DNA of 64,000 nucleotides from Candidatus Bathyarchaeia archaeon (GTDB lineage: Archaea; Thermoproteota; Bathyarchaeia; Bathyarchaeales; Bathycorpusculaceae). Numbering within the stretch: the stretch's first letter is position 1; each line of letters opens with the position of its first letter. The notes below the pieces were generated by a model, which saw only the letters and a program-made list of their open reading frames with translations, was not told where the DNA came from and made no database searches. Positions 49,761 through 59,810 of the stretch are shown here, one piece after another. The stretch covers positions 1 to 64,000 of the forward strand of contig JBEKBM010000014.1 in the NCBI GenBank assembly GCA_050015395.1. Direction: 5' to 3'. Both the position numbers and the translations under genes were made by a program.

Positions 49761-51029
49761 ATGGAGATTGAAACCATGACACATCAAGAATGCATAAACT
49801 GCAAAGCAAAATACGATATTGATGAGATTATTTATTTCTGCAAGAAATGCGGAGACATCCTTGAAATAAAATTCGACTTTAAAGAGTTAGCCGAAACCCT
49901 CAAAAGCAGCGACTGGAAAACAAAGCCCTTATCCGTTTGGCGATACCGCGACTTCATGCCCATCCACGAAGCCGCACGCATAGTCACCCTAAACGAAGGT
50001 GGAACGGGTCTGCTCCGTTCCCAACGCTTAGGCGACGAACTAGGACTAAAACAACTGTACGTTAAGAATGAGGGCGAAAACCCCACAGGCAGCTTTAAAG
50101 ACCGAGGCATGACCGTGGGCGTCACAAAAGCCGTTGAGCTCGGCGCAAGGCATGTAATCTGCGCTTCAACAGGCAATACTTCTGCGAGTTTGGCTGCTTA
50201 TGCTGCGAGGGCTGGGTTGAAATGCACAGTTCTTATCCCCTCTGGCAAGATTGCCTATGGAAAATTGGCGCAAGCCATGATTCACGGCGCCAAAGTTTTG
50301 CAGGTTCGCGGCAACTTTGATCAATCCTTAGAATTTGTGCTTAAACTGGCTGAGAAGCACAAGAGCATTTACCTTCTTAATTCGATTAATCCGTTCCGTA
50401 TTGAAGGACAGAAATCCTTGGGTTATGAAATTTGCGAGCAACTAAACAATGAGGCACCTGACAGAATCATCGTGCCCGTTGGCAACGCTGGAAACATAAG
50501 CGCCATCTGGAAAGGCTTAACCGAATTCCACAAACTCGGCTTCATAAAAACACTGCCAAAAATGACAGGCATACAAGCAGTCGGCTCCGCGCCCATAGCG
50601 CAAGCAATCAAAACTAACAGCAACCAAATCATCCCCGTTGAAAAGCCTGAAACCGTCGCCACAGCCATCCGAATCGGCGCTCCAGTAAGCTGGAAGAAAG
50701 CCGTTAACGCCATTCGCGAATCTCATGGAACCGCTGAAACCGTGACTGATGAGGAAATTTTGGATGCCCAGAAATTGCTTGCACGAATTGAGGGCATTTT
50801 TGTGGAGCCTGCGAGTGCATCTTCCGTTGCTGGACTGATGAAGCTTGTTAAGAACGGCGTTATCGGCAAGGATGAGCGAGTAGTCTGCGTAACCACGGGT
50901 CACGGGCTCAAGGATCCGGACACGGCAATCAAGCAATGTGAAAAACCGATAGAGGTTGATGCTGACATATCCGCTATAGAGCAGGCTTTGGGCTTAAAAG
51001 CGCAAAGAGCACCCATTCTCGCAAGGTGA
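49761..51029 (+). CDS. thrC: Threonine synthase
   Basis: NPTGSFKDRG PLP lysine, ASTGNTS, PVGNAGN, VEPASA. Confidence 0.96.
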   Translation: MEIETMTHQECINCKAKYDIDEIIYFCKKCGDILEIKFDFKELAETLKSSDWKTKPLSVWRYRDFMPIHEAARIVTLNEGGTGLLRSQRLGDELGLKQLYVKNEGENPTGSFKDRGMTVGVTKAVELGARHVICASTGNTSASLAAYAARAGLKCTVLIPSGKIAYGKLAQAMIHGAKVLQVRGNFDQSLEFVLKLAEKHKSIYLLNSINPFRIEGQKSLGYEICEQLNNEAPDRIIVPVGNAGNISAIWKGLTEFHKLGFIKTLPKMTGIQAVGSAPIAQAIKTNSNQIIPVEKPETVATAIRIGAPVSWKKAVNAIRESHGTAETVTDEEILDAQKLLARIEGIFVEPASASSVAGLMKLVKNGVIGKDERVVCVTTGHGLKDPDTAIKQCEKPIEVDADISAIEQALGLKAQRAPILAR

Positions 51030-51032
51030 GAC

Positions 51033-52079
51033 ATGAAGATGAGGATTATCCTGATTGGTTACGGCGTAGTTGGGCAGGGCTTAACCAGTATTCTCCAGCG
51101 TAGGCACGCTGAAACTGTTAGGGATTATGGCTTTAACCCAAAAATCGTTGCTGTCGTCGATAAAGATGGTGCAGCCATAAACCCAAGAGGCTTAAGCCTA
51201 GCGAAGTTGGAAGCGCTGAAGAAAAAGGGTTCAGTGTCAGAAGATACAGAGTTTGGTCACCCTAAAATGTCTGCGTTGGACGTTATTGAGTCGGTTGAAG
51301 CTGAAGTGGTGGTTGAAGCCACACCCACCAACGTGAAGAACGGTGAACCAGCATTATCGCACATTACTAAAGCATTCAAAACGGGAAAGCATGTGGTCAC
51401 CACCAACAAAGGACCACTAGCCTTAGCCATGCCTGCCCTGACAGAGTTAGCTGATTATAACCAGGTTTACCTGCGGTTCAGCGGTACCGTCGGCGGTGGA
51501 ACACCCATGTTGGAGTTTGCCAAGAAGTGTCTTGCAGGCGACAAAATACTTGCTATAAGAGGCATACTAAACGGGACAACCAACTATATTCTTACAGAGA
51601 TGGCTGAAAAACACGTGACTTTTCAGCAAGCACTTTCAAGTGCGCAGAAGCTGGGTTATGCGGAAACTGATCCTTCTATGGATGTTGACGGGTTAGATAC
51701 AGCCTGCAAAGTAGTTATCATGGCGAACTGGATAATGAACAAGAAATTAACGCTTAAAAACGTGGAAATAAAGGGAATTCGTGATGTGTCCTTGCAGGCG
51801 CTTGATGAAGCTGCTAAGAGAGGTAATACAATCAAGCTTATCGGGTCAATAGACGGCGATAAACCATCGGTTAAGCCAGTGGAAATAGCAAAAAATAACC
51901 CATTATGCGTAAGCGGGGTTCTTAACGCAGTAACTTTCGTTTCAGAATTCGCTGGCGAAGAGACAGTTGTCGGTCGGGGCGCTGGTGGAATGGAGACTGC
52001 CAGTGCAGTTTTAAGAGACCTCTTAGATATAAGACATAAGTTAGCAAATCGACTGCTGAATAATAATCCGGAGTACTAA
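51033..52079 (+). CDS. hom: Homoserine dehydrogenase
   Basis: GYGVVG, VVTTNK, GILNGTTNYIL, GYAETDP, GRGAG. Confidence 0.96.
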   Translation: MKMRIILIGYGVVGQGLTSILQRRHAETVRDYGFNPKIVAVVDKDGAAINPRGLSLAKLEALKKKGSVSEDTEFGHPKMSALDVIESVEAEVVVEATPTNVKNGEPALSHITKAFKTGKHVVTTNKGPLALAMPALTELADYNQVYLRFSGTVGGGTPMLEFAKKCLAGDKILAIRGILNGTTNYILTEMAEKHVTFQQALSSAQKLGYAETDPSMDVDGLDTACKVVIMANWIMNKKLTLKNVEIKGIRDVSLQALDEAAKRGNTIKLIGSIDGDKPSVKPVEIAKNNPLCVSGVLNAVTFVSEFAGEETVVGRGAGGMETASAVLRDLLDIRHKLANRLLNNNPEY

Positions 52080-52082
52080 AAA

Positions 52083-53495
52083 ATGAAAAAAATAGTGATG
52101 AAGTTCGGCGGGACCAGCGTAGCCACAGGCGAAAACATCCGTCATGTAGCCGATTTAGTTACCCTAAATGCCAAAAATGATTGCAGAGTTGCTGTAGTGA
52201 TTTCGGCGTTAGCAGGTGTCACAAACGAGCTCATAGAGATTGCTGAGCAAGCCAAAAAAAGCGATGAAAAACACATTCAAGCGTTCACGAAAGAGCTGTT
52301 GGGTAATCATTTGGCAGTGATTTCAACGGCTATAACCAGCAAGCAAATACAAAAGGAAGTAACGCAAGTCACCGAGAAAACTATGGTTGAGCTAGAGAAG
52401 GTTCTAACAGGCATATGCTATGTTGGTGAGCTTACGCCGAAATCTAAAGATTACGTTTTATCCTTTGGCGAAAGGTTATCTGCACCCATCGTTTGGGGCG
52501 CCATAAAAGACCGCAAGCTCGAAACGCAATGCTTCACAGGCAAAGAAGCAGGCATAGTAACAGACTCAAACTTTGGCGAAGCAGATCCACTCATGAACTT
52601 CACCACTCACCTGATCCGCGAAAGGCTCGGGCCACTGATTGAGAAAGGCGTGATCCCAGTTGTGACAGGGTACATTGCTGCTAATCAGGATGGGATAGTG
52701 ACCACTGTTGGACGCGGCGGATCAGACTACACAGCCACGATTTTAGGCGTGGCATTAGGCGTTGACGAAGTATGGATATGGACAGATGTGGATGGCATAA
52801 TGACGACTGACCCAAAAATAGTTCCCTCAGCCAAAATGTTACCACAACTCAGCTATCAGGAAGCCGCAGAAATGGCGATTTTTGGTGCAAAAGCCATGCA
52901 TCCACGCGCTTTAGAACCAGTAATCAAAGAGAATATTCCTGTTAGAATACGCAACATTTTCCACCCAGAAAACGAAGGCACACTCATAACCAAAGAGCCA
53001 AATGCAAAGGTCACGGAAGTTGTGAAAGCCGTAGCAATGATAAAAGACGTAGCCATGTTAAACGTTAACGGTGCAGGAATGGTAGGAGCCCCTGGAAGCT
53101 ACGCTAAAGTGTTTGATGTACTGGGCAAAAACAACATTAACGTCATGATGATTTCCACCGCTGCTTCGGAAGCCAACATCTCAATGATTATCCGCCGAGG
53201 ACTTTTAGGCAGGGCTATTAGCAACCTTGAAATTGCACTTTTAGACAGAGGCGGCTTAGTCAGCGAAGTTACAGCAGAAGACGACGTTGCCGTAATAGCT
53301 GTTATGGGAGCCAACATGAAGGGAACCTTAGGCGTAGCCTCAAAAATATTCACCACAGTCGCCAAAAAAGGCATAAACATCCGCATGATTGCCCAAGGCA
53401 GCTCAGAACTCAACATTTCATTCGTTGTCAAAGAGAAAGACGGAGAAGCTGTAGTCCGAGCCATCCATGAAGAATTCAACCTTGACAAAATATAG
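52083..53495 (+). CDS. lysC: Aspartate kinase
   Basis: KFGGTSV, GRGGSDYTA, WTDVDG, two ACT domains. Confidence 0.96.
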   Translation: MKKIVMKFGGTSVATGENIRHVADLVTLNAKNDCRVAVVISALAGVTNELIEIAEQAKKSDEKHIQAFTKELLGNHLAVISTAITSKQIQKEVTQVTEKTMVELEKVLTGICYVGELTPKSKDYVLSFGERLSAPIVWGAIKDRKLETQCFTGKEAGIVTDSNFGEADPLMNFTTHLIRERLGPLIEKGVIPVVTGYIAANQDGIVTTVGRGGSDYTATILGVALGVDEVWIWTDVDGIMTTDPKIVPSAKMLPQLSYQEAAEMAIFGAKAMHPRALEPVIKENIPVRIRNIFHPENEGTLITKEPNAKVTEVVKAVAMIKDVAMLNVNGAGMVGAPGSYAKVFDVLGKNNINVMMISTAASEANISMIIRRGLLGRAISNLEIALLDRGGLVSEVTAEDDVAVIAVMGANMKGTLGVASKIFTTVAKKGINIRMIAQGSSELNISFVVKEKDGEAVVRAIHEEFNLDKI

Positions 53496-53551
53496 CGCTT
53501 TTCCAACATACTCATGGCAAATTTTATTAGAATCTACTGTGGGATATTTAT

Positions 53552-53827
53552 GTGGGAAAAAGCATGTCAACATCAAGAGTTGACCAAAGACACAGAATAG
53601 TTATAGATAAACAAACTAGAGCAAAAACTCACATTAAAGCAGGAGACATAGTAGTCATCGAGCCAATTGATGATCACAGTTTTAAAGTCAACGTTTTAGA
53701 CTTCACGTCAGAAAAGCTTGAGGACGATCCAGCGTGGCAGGTAATTCATAAACCAGCTAAACTTAGAAAGTACATTCCTCCAGAAAAACTCGAAGAGATA
53801 ATGGAGGAAGCGGTTTGGCAAGAATAA
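53552..53827 (+). CDS. vapB: AbrB/MazE-type antitoxin
   Basis: RVDQRHRIVIDK...IKAGD hairpin; overlaps the PIN gene. Confidence 0.8.
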   Translation: MGKSMSTSRVDQRHRIVIDKQTRAKTHIKAGDIVVIEPIDDHSFKVNVLDFTSEKLEDDPAWQVIHKPAKLRKYIPPEKLEEIMEEAVWQE

Positions 53828-54282
53828 GCAGTATTGAATCGAAACCTCTTGCGATAGTTGATTCAAACGTGATAGTTTACGCGATGATTAAGGATTATCC
53901 AGATAAGGTGCGGCATGAAACGTGTCTTGCTCTTTTAGAGAGAGGCCTCAGAGGAGAATTAAACTATATTCTAACGGTTAATCCAATAATAATAGTTGAG
54001 GTTTTTTCAGTTCTCAGAAAGCTCTTAAACTGCAACGAAGCGGAATTCAGAGTAACCGCTCTTCTTCGTTCAAGACGCCTCGGATTCTTATCCATTTCAA
54101 AGGAAGCTTGTCAAAACTCTGTGCAATGGGCAAAAGAAAAGAACATCCCAGTAAACGACGCCATAATAGCTGCAAGCATGGTAGAACACGCCCAACTGAT
54201 ATACACTATTGACGAAGACCATTTCAAAGAACTCGAAGGATACAACGTCAAAATCCTCAACCCAACAACATCAATCTTTTGA
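53815..54282 (+). CDS. vapC: PIN-domain toxin
   Basis: IVDSNVIV, NDAIIAA, TIDEDHF. Confidence 0.88.
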   Translation: MARISSIESKPLAIVDSNVIVYAMIKDYPDKVRHETCLALLERGLRGELNYILTVNPIIIVEVFSVLRKLLNCNEAEFRVTALLRSRRLGFLSISKEACQNSVQWAKEKNIPVNDAIIAASMVEHAQLIYTIDEDHFKELEGYNVKILNPTTSIF

Positions 54283-54537
54283 TAAAGCAAATTGAGGTAA
54301 CCTCTTAGCATAGTCAAAGTCAAGCCCAACAGCAAAGTTATCAACTATTAAGCCGTCTGCGGTAGTTCCGAAAGTGTCTGGCACCTGCTTGGGTATAACT
54401 TTTTTTACTTGCTAAGCATAGTTGCAAGCCAGTTTAAGGCTGCTTGAAAGCCTTCAACGACGCCTAAGAGCGTTTTACTTGCATAAGCCTGAGCAATCCA
54501 AGCCAAGAAACCACTCAAACTTTACCGCCAGCCCAAC

Positions 54538-54563
54538 TGTACCGTCAAAATGTACCGTCAAAA
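54538..54563. repeat. Perfect 13-bp tandem duplication TGTACCGTCAAAA x2
   Basis: Seen directly; related TACCGCCA at 54524. Confidence 0.85.
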
Positions 54564-54654
54564 CGTATATAACTACGCCTACCTGGTAGGCAGTAGAGCA
54601 CACAAAGCTTAACCCACTTACGGATCTACTGGTCTGCGACTCAGATCATCAAAT

Positions 54655-56730
54655 CTAATGTTTTTCTTGTTTTACTCCGAGTTGTTCAAGCATCGACATT
54701 GGGCTGTTGGTTGGCGGTAGGCAGGTTTGGTCTCGGCATATGTAGGCGGTTGCTTTGCCTTCGATCTGCTGGTAGCCTAAGCCTGCTTTGCTGGGGTGCT
54801 TAAGTGCGATAACGGTTGATGGTAGATAATGCTTCCTTAGTGCATTTAACATGTCTGATGTGTCTTTTTGCTTTAAGTCGCCTACTAAGATTACGCTGTA
54901 AGATGGGCCTATTAGAAAATCAGTTGCAGAAAGGAAGAACGTGCACGCTTCAGGCGCGCCCTCTATTTCTTGTGCGAATGTTTTGGTCATTTGGGCTGCC
55001 AATGTGTTGTATGTGGGTTCGTCTGCTAAGCGGCTGAGCCATAGCAGATCCTGTAGCGCTACTGAGTTGCCTGAGGGAACCGCACCATCATAGAGTTGCT
55101 TTATTTTTGGCATGGCAGCTTCGCTGTTTTGAGTTTGGTAGAAACCGCCGTTTTTGTCATCCCAAAACTTAGTCACCATAGTCTTCGTTAAAGCGGATGC
55201 GGCTTGGAGATATTTGTCTTCTAAGGTTGCCTGGTAGAGTTCGATTAGCCCATATACGAAGAAGGCGTAGTCGTCCAAGAAGCCTTCCACGGCAGTTTCG
55301 CCTTTTGCGTAGCGGTGATATAGCACGTCATCTTTGAGCATTTGGTTTAGGATGAAGTCTGCCGTTTTCTTTGCAGCTTCCACGTACTTCGCTTCGTTGA
55401 GAACGTTGCCTGCTTTTGCTAACGCTGAGATCATTAAGCCGTTCCAGTCGGTTAACACTTTATCATCTATCGCTGGAGGCGCCCGTTTTTTTCTTGCCTC
55501 AAAAAGTGCTTCTCTTATGCTGTGCAGGCGGGTGATGAGTTCTTGGAGTGTTAAGCCTTTGTATGGTGCAAGTTCCTCTAAGGGTTCGGCGATGTGGAGT
55601 ATGTTTTTGCCCTTTGGGTGCCCAGAAGCCTCAGTAAAGTTGCCTTCTGGCTTTAGCCCGTAGATGTGGACTGCCAATTCAGCGTCGGCAGGAGGCAGCG
55701 TGTCGAGCACTTCGTCTATGGTCCAGAGGTAGAATTTGCCTTCTTCGCCTTCTGTGTCAGCATCTTGCGCTGAGTAAAAGCCCCCGTTGAGCGACGCTAA
55801 ATCGCGTAATGCGTAGTCTAAGGTTTCTTTTGCTGCAAGTGCATAGCGTCTGGCGCCTGTTGCCTGAAAAGCTTCTGTGTAAGCTATTACCATTAGGGCT
55901 TGGTCGTAGAGCATTTTTTCGAAGTGCGGAACCAGCCATTTCTCATCGGTGCTGTATCGATGGAAGCCGAAGCCTATCTGGTCGTATATGCCGCCTAGGC
56001 GCATTTGCGTGAGCGTTTTTTCAACTAAGGATAGAGCGTTTTTTTGGCCGGTTCTCGCATAATAGCGTAGCAGAAACAGGAGGTTGTGGGGTCTTGGGAA
56101 TTTGGGTGCAGTGCCAAAGCCGCCGTTTTCCTTGTCAAAATCCAGTGTTAAGCGGTCGTAGGCGTCTTTTAGGGCTTCTTTGCCGAGTCCTTTTTGAGGT
56201 GTTCTTTTTTCCATTGCTTCTATGCGGCTTTTGATGTCTGCTCCCACAATTTCTAATTGCGAGCGTTGCAGTTTCCATATTTGCATGACTTGAGGAACAA
56301 GATCCAACATGCCCGTCAAGCCTCGACCACTGTGTTTAGGTATATAGCTTGCGGCAAAAAAAGGGTTAAGCTTAGGCGTCATGAGTATGTTGAGTGGCCA
56401 ACCGCAGTTTCTGCCCATAGCTTGACAAACAGCCATATACGCTGCGTCTAAGTCGGGCCTTTCTTCACGGTCAACCTTAATGCACACAAACGATTGGTTT
56501 AGCAGGTCTGCGACTTGCTGGTCGCTGAAGCATTCCTCTTCCATGACGTGGCACCAGTGGCAACTGGCGTAGCCTATGCTGAGGAAAATGGGTTTGTCTT
56601 CAGCTTTAGCTTTATCTAGGGCTTCTTGACCCCATGGGTACCAGTCTGCTGGGTTGTAAGCGTGCTGGAGAAGATAAGGACTTTTTTCGTTAATCAGCCT
56701 GTTTGGCTTGTTTTCTTGTTTTGGCTGCAA
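54655..56730 (-). CDS. Thioredoxin-domain DUF255 (YyaL/SPATA20-like) protein
   Basis: [45 protein letters not shown]. Confidence 0.95.
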   Translation of the reverse strand: MQPKQENKPNRLINEKSPYLLQHAYNPADWYPWGQEALDKAKAEDKPIFLSIGYASCHWCHVMEEECFSDQQVADLLNQSFVCIKVDREERPDLDAAYMAVCQAMGRNCGWPLNILMTPKLNPFFAASYIPKHSGRGLTGMLDLVPQVMQIWKLQRSQLEIVGADIKSRIEAMEKRTPQKGLGKEALKDAYDRLTLDFDKENGGFGTAPKFPRPHNLLFLLRYYARTGQKNALSLVEKTLTQMRLGGIYDQIGFGFHRYSTDEKWLVPHFEKMLYDQALMVIAYTEAFQATGARRYALAAKETLDYALRDLASLNGGFYSAQDADTEGEEGKFYLWTIDEVLDTLPPADAELAVHIYGLKPEGNFTEASGHPKGKNILHIAEPLEELAPYKGLTLQELITRLHSIREALFEARKKRAPPAIDDKVLTDWNGLMISALAKAGNVLNEAKYVEAAKKTADFILNQMLKDDVLYHRYAKGETAVEGFLDDYAFFVYGLIELYQATLEDKYLQAASALTKTMVTKFWDDKNGGFYQTQNSEAAMPKIKQLYDGAVPSGNSVALQDLLWLSRLADEPTYNTLAAQMTKTFAQEIEGAPEACTFFLSATDFLIGPSYSVILVGDLKQKDTSDMLNALRKHYLPSTVIALKHPSKAGLGYQQIEGKATAYICRDQTCLPPTNSPMSMLEQLGVKQEKH

Positions 56731-56874
56731 AAATTGGAGACCTTCCTGTTACAATTATTACTGTGCGCGTTTTTATTAAACTGTTCGAGTGAGAAAATTC
56801 CACGTAAGATAAATTTTTGTTTTTGTCGTCGTTGAAGTGTGTGCTCTAAAGTTCTATAGAGTAAAAGACGGTTT

Positions 56875-57207
56875 TTATTTTTTTGTTAAGGTTTGGGGGT
56901 CGATTGGGTTGAGTTTTCCGTTTTTGCCTATGGCATATAAGTGAAAGTCGTATTCTTTACAGTAGTTTTTAAAATCTCTGTATTGTGTTTTGTTGCCTTC
57001 AAAATCTTTTTCGCTTACTATTTGGCAAATTCGTTTTAGGCAACCTTTATGTGCCTCAACATCCGGAATGACACCGCCGATCTCGGAAGGTTTTTCCCAG
57101 CCTTGGGTGTTCGCCTTTACCAGCCAGTTGTCTTTTTTGAGGTCTTCAGCAATAGTTCTTACGCATTCGTCATGAGTGTTTGGTTCTTCAGATTTTTTCT
57201 TTGTCAC
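56875..57207 (-). CDS. Small hypothetical protein (possible PD-(D/E)xK-like fold)
   Basis: HDECVRTIA..L...W.VKA...P..IGG.IPDVEA; SD-like AGGTG. Confidence 0.65.
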   Translation of the reverse strand: MTKKKSEEPNTHDECVRTIAEDLKKDNWLVKANTQGWEKPSEIGGVIPDVEAHKGCLKRICQIVSEKDFEGNKTQYRDFKNYCKEYDFHLYAIGKNGKLNPIDPQTLTKK

Positions 57208-57370
57208 TGTCTACACCTATTGATTGTTGTTGTGAGTGTTTATTTAAAGATTTAAACAGCCAACTTGCCTTTTTCCGAATTAAGCTGCAAAAAGGGCTTT
57301 CCTACTTCCATAATGAGTCTACCGTTTTATTAAACTGTTATAGTTAGTGAGAAAATTCAAGGGCAGACTA

Positions 57371-57510
57371 AATTTTGTTCTAGTTGTTTTGGGTTGCTGT
57401 TTTGATTCAGGGTTTGAAGTGTTTGCAGGCTGCGACTTTTAGCGACTGTACGCGACCTTCTGCGACTCCCTGCGACTTTCTGCGACTGCTCGCGACTCTT
57501 CCCGACTCTA
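57371..57510 (+). repeat. Element C1: conserved leader plus 8 x 10-bp GCGACT array (inverted near-identical copy of element B)
   Basis: About 4 differences in 170 bp versus the reverse complement of 41550-41719. Confidence 0.93.
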
Positions 57511-57544
57511 AACGCTTAAGTACAAGTGTTAAAAGCAAGAATTT

Positions 57545-57622
57545 ATCTTCCCTTAACCGGGAAGGTTATCTTTACAGTAATCTTCAAAGCTTCAATAAAG
57601 TGTAAATTCCAAAGGTGATTCG
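57545..57622 (+). pseudogene. Decayed 5' fragment of an MPLT tandem-AbrB gene
   Basis: Aligns to the first 26 codons or so of 41262..41543; start lost, 1-nt deletion, CAA>TAA in ..FNKV*IPKVIR. Confidence 0.8.
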
Positions 57623-57705
57623 TTTGCAGGTTACGTCATTATTCGTCAAAAATCGTCAAAATTCGTCAATAAACGTCAATGGGCGTCAAAAAATTCTATA
57701 TGCCG
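57622..57705 (+). repeat. Element C2: GTTTGCAGG anchor plus 6 x 10-bp CGTCA array plus ATGCCG relic
   Basis: CGTCA at 57634, 644, 654, 664, 674 and 684. Confidence 0.9.
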
Positions 57706-57825
57706 ATGCCCATAATTTTGGTTTTGTAACTTTGAAGGTTTTAGCTTGGCGGCGAGAGGGTGAGAATGCCTGAAGGCGCTGTAAATTTGATGATGTTTCT
57801 TTTTTCTTGGGGTTAGCGATGATAT

Positions 57826-58245
57826 TTAGGGAGATAGTAGTGTTGTTATGGTTTGAACGTCAACGTATTTCTGAGCTTTCGCTTTGAGTTGTTTATCTTC
57901 GGTTATGAGTTTGAGGTCTTTTTCTTTGGCAAAATAGATGTAGCTGGAATCATAAAAGGAGAGTTTCTCGTTTTTTGCGATTTCGAGGATTTTCTGAAAG
58001 GTTACTGCTTCGCTTGTTATCCAGTCAGTCTTCATTAGGATAGTCTGTGCGACCTTTTCCAGTGTCTTGGAATCTTCGGGCGTTAGGAACTTTGTTAGGG
58101 TGCTTTCCTTCCAAATCGCGTTTCCAACTTCGTAATAGGTCAAATCAAGAACTATGGAGTCTTGCAAGCATTCGATCACACTTTTGGCATTGGACTTCTT
58201 GATTAGAAACATGAATGCGCTTGCGTCGAGTAGGTAGCGCTTCAT
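57826..58245 (-). CDS. vapC: PIN-domain toxin
   Basis: YLLDASA, YEVGNAIWK, SFYDSSY, LITED. Confidence 0.92.
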   Translation of the reverse strand: MKRYLLDASAFMFLIKKSNAKSVIECLQDSIVLDLTYYEVGNAIWKESTLTKFLTPEDSKTLEKVAQTILMKTDWITSEAVTFQKILEIAKNEKLSFYDSSYIYFAKEKDLKLITEDKQLKAKAQKYVDVQTITTLLSP

Positions 58246-58466
58246 CGCTGGTCTCTTGATTCTCTTATGGCTCTTACGATTTCGTCGTCAGGGATTTTAT
58301 CTAAGATAATTTTCATTTCGTTAATCGCTTGGGCTAGTTCTGCGTCTTCTCGCTTCTTGACTTCGTCTTCTAGAGCTTCTCTGACGGTTTTGCTGACGTT
58401 TATTTTGTGCTTTCTTATCTTTTCTTTCAGGGACTTTTTAACCCTGACGGCGATTATCTCTGACAT
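58242..58466 (-). CDS. vapB: RHH/CcdA-like antitoxin
   Basis: IIAVRVKKSLKEKI...INVSKTVREAL, IRESRD; ATGA overlap with the toxin. Confidence 0.9.
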   Translation of the reverse strand: MSEIIAVRVKKSLKEKIRKHKINVSKTVREALEDEVKKREDAELAQAINEMKIILDKIPDDEIVRAIRESRDQR

Positions 58467-58607
58467 ACGCCATATTGTATAACAATTTTTGTATATAACA
58501 GTATTGCTGAGTAGTTTAGAAGCAGAATTATAACCATTTTACACCAATTCGGAACAAGTCAGCACGCGCTTATTAGTCTGTTTCCGGGATTATTATGAAG
58601 AGGAAAG

Positions 58608-59645
58608 TTGACGCTTCTGGATAAAAAACTCGTGGTCGTTGGTGCGGGCGCTATTGGGTCAAGTGTGGTTGGGTGGGTCGCGCCTCAATATGAAAGGTTA
58701 TGGTTGTTGGCTCGAGGCGAAAGCGCAGCAACGATTAAAAATCAAGGGTTGAAATTTTACCTTAAAGGTGAAGAGGCTAAGGCTGTTCCTATATCAGTCA
58801 AGGTCATCGAGTCATTAAGTGAGATCTCCCTCCCTGACATAATAATTGTCGCCGTGAAAAACTATGACCTTGATGCGACAGCGCGGATGTTGCGGGAGCA
58901 GCTGGGGACTCATCAGCCTGTCGTTGTAGCGCTGCAAAATGGTGTTGAAAATCAGCGGGTTCTTCCCAAATATTTTACGAAGGTAATTTATGGCGTGGTG
59001 TGCTTCAATGCGTGGCGGGATGCTCCGGGGAGGGTGGGGCACCAGAAGCGTGGATATATAATTCTGGGCACGCCTGCGAATGATCTGCAGTCTGAGCAGC
59101 GGGAGGTTGCAGCTATTCTTCGGCGGGGGTTGGATTGTTCGCTCACGGACCGTTTGGAAGATGCGGTTCATTGTAAGTTGGCGGTTAACCTTACGAATGT
59201 TTTGACCACTCTTGTCGGTTTCCCGAACGTCCCTGACAGGTCCTTCAGTGAGGTTGCACGAATGTCGGCAAGAGTTATTTGGGAAGGGATTCAGGTTCTT
59301 CAGGCAGCGGGGTTCAAGGAGCATGAGCTCGGCAGTATCCCTTCTTGGAATACGATTAGAATGAGCGTTAGGCTTCCAGCATCAGTCATTAAAGTTTTTT
59401 ACAGATTTAGTGTGCGGGAAGAACTTGGCATGAATAGCACGGCGCAGGATATTTTCGCGGGGAAAGCCACTACTGAACTTGAATCTTTAAATGGGTACAT
59501 GTTGAGTCTTGCCCAGAAAGCGGGGGTGCCAATGCCCATCAACCAGACCATTTATGAAATCGCGAAGGAACGGTTTAGTCCGGATTTCGAGCCGATGGCG
59601 GAGAAGGAGTTGTGGGCTGCGATTCAAAATCGACTTAAACGGTAA
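58608..59645 (+). CDS. Ketopantoate reductase (PanE/ApbA) family protein
   Basis: VVGAGAIG, VKNYD, LQNG, KLAVN, STAQD...TELESLNG. Confidence 0.88.
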   Translation: MTLLDKKLVVVGAGAIGSSVVGWVAPQYERLWLLARGESAATIKNQGLKFYLKGEEAKAVPISVKVIESLSEISLPDIIIVAVKNYDLDATARMLREQLGTHQPVVVALQNGVENQRVLPKYFTKVIYGVVCFNAWRDAPGRVGHQKRGYIILGTPANDLQSEQREVAAILRRGLDCSLTDRLEDAVHCKLAVNLTNVLTTLVGFPNVPDRSFSEVARMSARVIWEGIQVLQAAGFKEHELGSIPSWNTIRMSVRLPASVIKVFYRFSVREELGMNSTAQDIFAGKATTELESLNGYMLSLAQKAGVPMPINQTIYEIAKERFSPDFEPMAEKELWAAIQNRLKR

Positions 59646-59772
59646 GGCAGTCGGCTGAGCTGAATATTCTTTAATTTTTCTATTTTTTATTCAATGCAAG
59701 CTTGAAAGGATTGTTTGGTTCTCTGAGGAAGTTAAGTTAATATAGCCGAGGGAAATAATTGCTTTCGTCTTC

Positions 59773-59810
59773 GGTAGTTTCCGTATATAACCTACCTTAA
59801 AAAACCCGGG
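59773..59810 (+). ncRNA. Candidate preQ1-I-like riboswitch (H-type pseudoknot)
   Basis: P1 GGTAG/CTACC, loop TTTCCGTATATAAC, tail TTAAAAAACCCGGG, P2 TCCG/CGGG. Directly upstream of queT. Confidence 0.6.
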
